From: an uncultured Candidatus Binatia bacterium
GTDB taxonomy: Bacteria > Desulfobacterota > Binatia > UBA9968 > JAJDTQ01
Direction of reading: 5' to 3'
DNA length: 64,000 bases
NCBI GenBank assembly: GCA_964291295.2
Contig: OZ219754.1
Span: 2,624,001-2,688,000, forward strand
Part shown: positions 60,333 through 64,000 of the stretch, one piece after another
Layout: each line of letters opens with the position of its first letter
How positions within the stretch are numbered: position 1 is the first letter of the stretch
Position numbers and translations under genes: made by a program
Notes under the pieces: generated by a model
Told to the model about the DNA's origin: nothing
The model's input: only the letters and a program-made list of their open reading frames with translations
The model's database searches: none

Positions 60333-62402
60333 ATGGCTGCAATCGAAGCGAGCCGGTTACGGAACGTAGGGTTGCTGGGGCATCGCGGCGCGGGCAAGAC
60401 GTCGCTGGGCGAGGCCATGCTGTTCGCGGCAGGCCGCACGAACCGGCTGGGCCGGGTGGAAGACGGCACCTCGGTATTCGACCATGAGCCCGAGGAGATC
60501 AACCGGCAGGTTTCCATCTCCACCGCCTTTCACTCCCTGGAATGGAACAAGACCACGTGCATGCTGGTGGATACCCCGGGCTTCGCCACCTTCCTGCCGG
60601 AGACGGTCCACTCACTGGCGGCGTTCGGCGGGGCGGTGTTCGTGCTGCATGCCGGTGCCGGCCTGAGGGTGGAGACGGAGCGTCTTTGGGGCTACGCCGC
60701 GGAGCGCCGGATGCCGCGCATTTTCTTCGTCAACCGCATGGACCGGGAGGAGAACGATCCGGTGGCGGCGACGGATTCCATCGCGGAAGAGTTGGGCGTC
60801 AAGGCGATACACGCGCAGCTTCCCATGGGACACGGCGAGAGCTTCCGCGGCGTGATCGACCTGATCCGCATGAAGGCAGTGTGCCCGGACGGAAACGGCG
60901 GGGAGACGGAAGAGGAGATCCCCGCGGAGTTCCGGGAGCGGGCCGCCGAGATGAGAATCAATCTCATGGAGAACGTGGCCGAGACCCGGGACGACCTGCT
61001 GGAGAAGTATCTCGAAGGCCAGGAACTCACCTCCGAGGAACTGTCGGAAGGTCTCCGTGACGGCGTCCGCTCGAGTGTGCTGTTTCCGGTCCTCTACGGA
61101 TCGGCGGTGCGCGGGGCGGGCGTTGCCACGCTGCTGGACGCCATCGTGGAATGGCTCCCCTCGCCCCTTGAGGAGCCGGCGGCCGAGGGGAAGCACCCCG
61201 TCACCGGGGAGACCGAGTCCCGCTCCAGGAGCGCGGACGGTCCGTTCTCCGCGTTCGTGTTCAAGACCGTCGTCGATCCCTTTGCCGGGCGGCTGTCCAT
61301 CATGAGGGTGCTGTCGGGTTCGGTGCGCGCCGACAGCACGGTCTGCATTGCCGGCAAGGACGCCCGGGAGAAGATCGCCCACCTGTTCCGGCCCCAGGGG
61401 GCCCGGCAGGAGGAGGTGCCGGAGGCGGGTGTCGGTGAGGTCGTCGCCGTGGCGAAGCTGAAGGACGTGGCTTCCGGCGATACGCTGTGCGCGGAGTCGG
61501 CGCCCATCGAATACCCCAGGCCGATGGAATTCAGTCCGTCCATCTCCTTCGCGCTTGCGCCCAGGACCCGCGCGGACGAGGACAAGGTGCCGCAGGGTCT
61601 CCAGCGCATGATGGAAGAGGACCCGTCCATCAGGATGCACCGGGACGAGCAGACCCGGGAGTTCATCCTGTCGGGTACGGGACAGCTTCACATCGAGGTG
61701 GTGGTGGACAGGCTCAAGCGGAAGTACGGTGCCGAGGTTGAACTCAAGGCCCCCAAGGTTCCCTACCGCGAGACCATCAAGGCGGCCTCCAGCGCCCAGG
61801 GAAAGTACAAGAAACAGTCCGGAGGTCGGGGCCAGTACGGCGACACCTGGCTGAAGCTCGAGCCCCTGGAGCGGGGAAAGGGCTTCGAGTTCGTGGACAA
61901 GATCGTCGGCGGCGCCATCCCGCGAAACTACATCCCCGCGGTGGAGAAGGGCATCGTCGAGACCATGGCCGGCGGCTACCTGGCCGGCTATCCCATCATG
62001 GACGTGCGCGCGATCCTCTACGACGGCTCGTTCCACGCCGTGGACTCGTCGGACATGGCCTTCAAGATCGCCGCATCCATGGGCTTCAAGAACGCCATGG
62101 AAAAGGCCAGACCGGTGATCCTCGAACCGGTGGTATCCATGGAGGTGTCGGTGCCCGACGACTGCATGGGAGACGTCATCGGCGATCTCAACAGCCGGCG
62201 CGGCAAGGTGCTGGGCGTGGACGCCAAGGGCAGCATCCAGATCATCAAGGCCCAGGTGCCCATGGCGGAGGTACTGCGGTACGCCTCGGACCTGCGCTCC
62301 ATGACCAGCGGCCGGGGAGAGTTCCAGTCGGAGTTCTCGCACTACGAGGAGTTGCCGCCGCATCTGATGGAGAAGGTGCAGGCCGAGGCGGCCGCAGGCT
62401 AG
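60333..62402 (+). CDS. fusA: elongation factor G paralog (EF-G2/FusA-like)
   Basis: GHRGAGKT, DTPGF, NRMD, VPYRETI, KKQSGGRGQYG, DGSFHAVDSS; non-canonical switch motifs. Confidence 0.88.
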   Translation: MAAIEASRLRNVGLLGHRGAGKTSLGEAMLFAAGRTNRLGRVEDGTSVFDHEPEEINRQVSISTAFHSLEWNKTTCMLVDTPGFATFLPETVHSLAAFGGAVFVLHAGAGLRVETERLWGYAAERRMPRIFFVNRMDREENDPVAATDSIAEELGVKAIHAQLPMGHGESFRGVIDLIRMKAVCPDGNGGETEEEIPAEFRERAAEMRINLMENVAETRDDLLEKYLEGQELTSEELSEGLRDGVRSSVLFPVLYGSAVRGAGVATLLDAIVEWLPSPLEEPAAEGKHPVTGETESRSRSADGPFSAFVFKTVVDPFAGRLSIMRVLSGSVRADSTVCIAGKDAREKIAHLFRPQGARQEEVPEAGVGEVVAVAKLKDVASGDTLCAESAPIEYPRPMEFSPSISFALAPRTRADEDKVPQGLQRMMEEDPSIRMHRDEQTREFILSGTGQLHIEVVVDRLKRKYGAEVELKAPKVPYRETIKAASSAQGKYKKQSGGRGQYGDTWLKLEPLERGKGFEFVDKIVGGAIPRNYIPAVEKGIVETMAGGYLAGYPIMDVRAILYDGSFHAVDSSDMAFKIAASMGFKNAMEKARPVILEPVVSMEVSVPDDCMGDVIGDLNSRRGKVLGVDAKGSIQIIKAQVPMAEVLRYASDLRSMTSGRGEFQSEFSHYEELPPHLMEKVQAEAAAG

Positions 62403-62439
62403 CGCCGCGGCCGGCGCACAAGACCAGGGTCCATCCGTC

Positions 62440-62655
62440 ATGGAGAAGAGCTTCGAGCAGTTGTCGGCGTCGTTGCTCTACTGCGGCAAGTGCGGCAGGG
62501 CCATGCCGGTCCGCGAACGGTTGCTGCTCGTCCTGCCCGACGGCGACCTCTACGATTACAGTTGCCAGCGGTGCGGCAGCTCGGTGGGTTCCCGCACCGT
62601 AAAATCGAAGCCGGAGTCGCCGGAGGGGTTTCCGGTCATCGTGCGCGGGCTCTGA
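62440..62655 (+). CDS. small Zn-ribbon protein
   Basis: CGKC...CQRC pair, 71 aa. Confidence 0.65.
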   Translation: MEKSFEQLSASLLYCGKCGRAMPVRERLLLVLPDGDLYDYSCQRCGSSVGSRTVKSKPESPEGFPVIVRGL

Positions 62656-62679
62656 GGTCCGCACACTTCCGTAACCGGG

Positions 62680-63717
62680 ATGCGGGACATGATCATCGAT
62701 TTTCAGAGCCACATTTTCCCCGAACGTTACATGGACACCATGGGCCGGCGGGACGGCGCGGTGATCCTGGAGCCGCCGGACCCCGGCAGCGGCATGGCCT
62801 ACCTCTATGACAAGGGCTTGGGGTGCCGCATCAACACCGCCATTTTCAAGGGCCGGAATGTCGAGCAGCGGCTGGAGCACATGGACCGGCAGGGTGTGGA
62901 CGTGCAGGTGGTGAGCATCCCGGCTCCGGGGGCCGACCGTTACGACCCGGACGATGCCGTGGCCATGGCCCGGGTGGCCAACGACGAGCTGGCCGAAATG
63001 TGCGGGCGCCATCCGGACCGTTTTGTCGGGTTGGCGACCCTGCCCACGGCCTCTGTCGAGGCTTCACTGGAAGAGTTGGAGCGGGCGTATCAGGAACTCG
63101 GGCTGCGCGGTTTCGGCTGCTTCACGAACCTCAATGGGCGGCCGCTGGACGACGAGCGCTTCTTCCCCATCTACGAGAGGCTGGCCGAGTACCGGCTGCC
63201 CGTGTATCTCCATCCCACCGCACCCATCGCCACCGAGGCCGTGGGCCTCGACATCATGCCGATCCTTGTCTATGGCTGGGCCTTCGACAGCACCGTCGCC
63301 ATGACCCGGCTGGTATACGGCCGGGTCATGGAGCGGTTCCCGACGCTGACTTTCGTGGTGGCCGACGTGGGCGGGGTGCTGGCGTTTTTCGGGCAACGCG
63401 CCATCAACATCTACACCGGCCGCACCGAAGAGGTGCGTGCGCGTTACGGCCTTCAGGAGAACCCGCTGGATTCGTTCCGGCGGTTCTTCGTGGACACCGC
63501 GGACCACCAGGCCGGCACGCTCCAGTGCGTGATGGATTTCTTCGGTCCGGAACAGATGGTGTTCGGGACCAACTACCCCTATGGGCCGGAGGACGGCTGC
63601 GGCTTCATCCGGAACAGCCTCAAGGCCGTCGATGACCTGGGGCTGCCGCCGGAGGAGCGGGAGCGGATACTCGGCGGCAACGCCGCCCGCATCCTGCACA
63701 TTGAGGAGCGCCTGTAG
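62680..63717 (+). CDS. amidohydrolase family protein (ACMSD-like)
   Basis: IIDFQSH, ARVANDELA, YLHPT, FGTNYPY, ILGGNAAR. Confidence 0.85.
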   Translation: MRDMIIDFQSHIFPERYMDTMGRRDGAVILEPPDPGSGMAYLYDKGLGCRINTAIFKGRNVEQRLEHMDRQGVDVQVVSIPAPGADRYDPDDAVAMARVANDELAEMCGRHPDRFVGLATLPTASVEASLEELERAYQELGLRGFGCFTNLNGRPLDDERFFPIYERLAEYRLPVYLHPTAPIATEAVGLDIMPILVYGWAFDSTVAMTRLVYGRVMERFPTLTFVVADVGGVLAFFGQRAINIYTGRTEEVRARYGLQENPLDSFRRFFVDTADHQAGTLQCVMDFFGPEQMVFGTNYPYGPEDGCGFIRNSLKAVDDLGLPPEERERILGGNAARILHIEERL

Positions 63718-63796
63718 CAGCCAGCCCTCGGCGTCCGGTCGCGGCCGGTCACCGGTCCTCGTTTCACGGTTCCGCCAACGCGGGAGAGAAGCCGTC

Positions 63797-64000
63797 ATGT
63801 CTCATCCTCTACATGAAATCCACCATGACAAGGCGGCGCGCACCCTGATCATGGGCAGCAAGGGGGCCATTGCCGCCGGCCATCCGCTGGCATCCCTCGC
63901 CGGTCTCAGGATCATGCAGCGGGGCGGCAATGCCGTGGACGCCGCGGTGGCTGCCGGCTTCGTCCTGGCGGTGACCAAGCACGAGGCCTGCGGCCTCGGC
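63797..64000 (+). CDS. ggt: gamma-glutamyltransferase (5' part, runs off window end)
   Basis: Manual translation: ...GAIAAGHPLASLAGLRIMQRGGNAVDAAVAAGFVLAVTKHEACGLG. Confidence 0.85.
   Translation, partial: MSHPLHEIHHDKAARTLIMGSKGAIAAGHPLASLAGLRIMQRGGNAVDAAVAAGFVLAVTKHEACGLG

Overview
High-GC bacterial chromosomal window. The gene content suggests a Deltaproteobacteria/Binatia-like organism, but this is inference only. It has three parts. (i) Housekeeping genes: thiI, moeB/moeZ-like, argC, maf, dus, ispG, prc, cysS, menG/ubiE, polyprenyl synthase, tRNA-Leu(CAG), valS, birA, coaX, an EF-G paralog and ggt. (ii) A large expansion of catabolic-type paralogs: six amidohydrolases, three tandem cyclodeaminase/mu-crystallin proteins, and a ~13 kb minus-strand cluster with two UbiD, a Mo-hydroxylase, two phytoene-desaturase-like flavoproteins, SDRs and a solute-binding protein. 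(iii) An accessory region at ~6.9-15.7 kb. Its most striking structure is not shown by the ORF track: a 3.7 kb IS1595-family cargo-carrying element (11959-15684) with imperfect terminal inverted repeats and a 7/8 target duplication. It inserted into the last codons of argC. The original argC tail (TAHLPG*) now lies 3.7 kb away, and the IR supplies a new in-frame end (GSHIR*). The element carries a decayed transposase, a decayed C5-methyltransferase/HNH nuclease pair, a decayed RTX gene and one intact RTX gene. It lies ~1.4 kb from a PrtD/PrtE-type type I secretion pair that has no TolC in the window. A type II homoserine-kinase-like protein with both catalytic Asp residues replaced by Asn (pseudokinase) sits directly upstream of a metallophosphatase. 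No CRISPR array or rRNA was seen.
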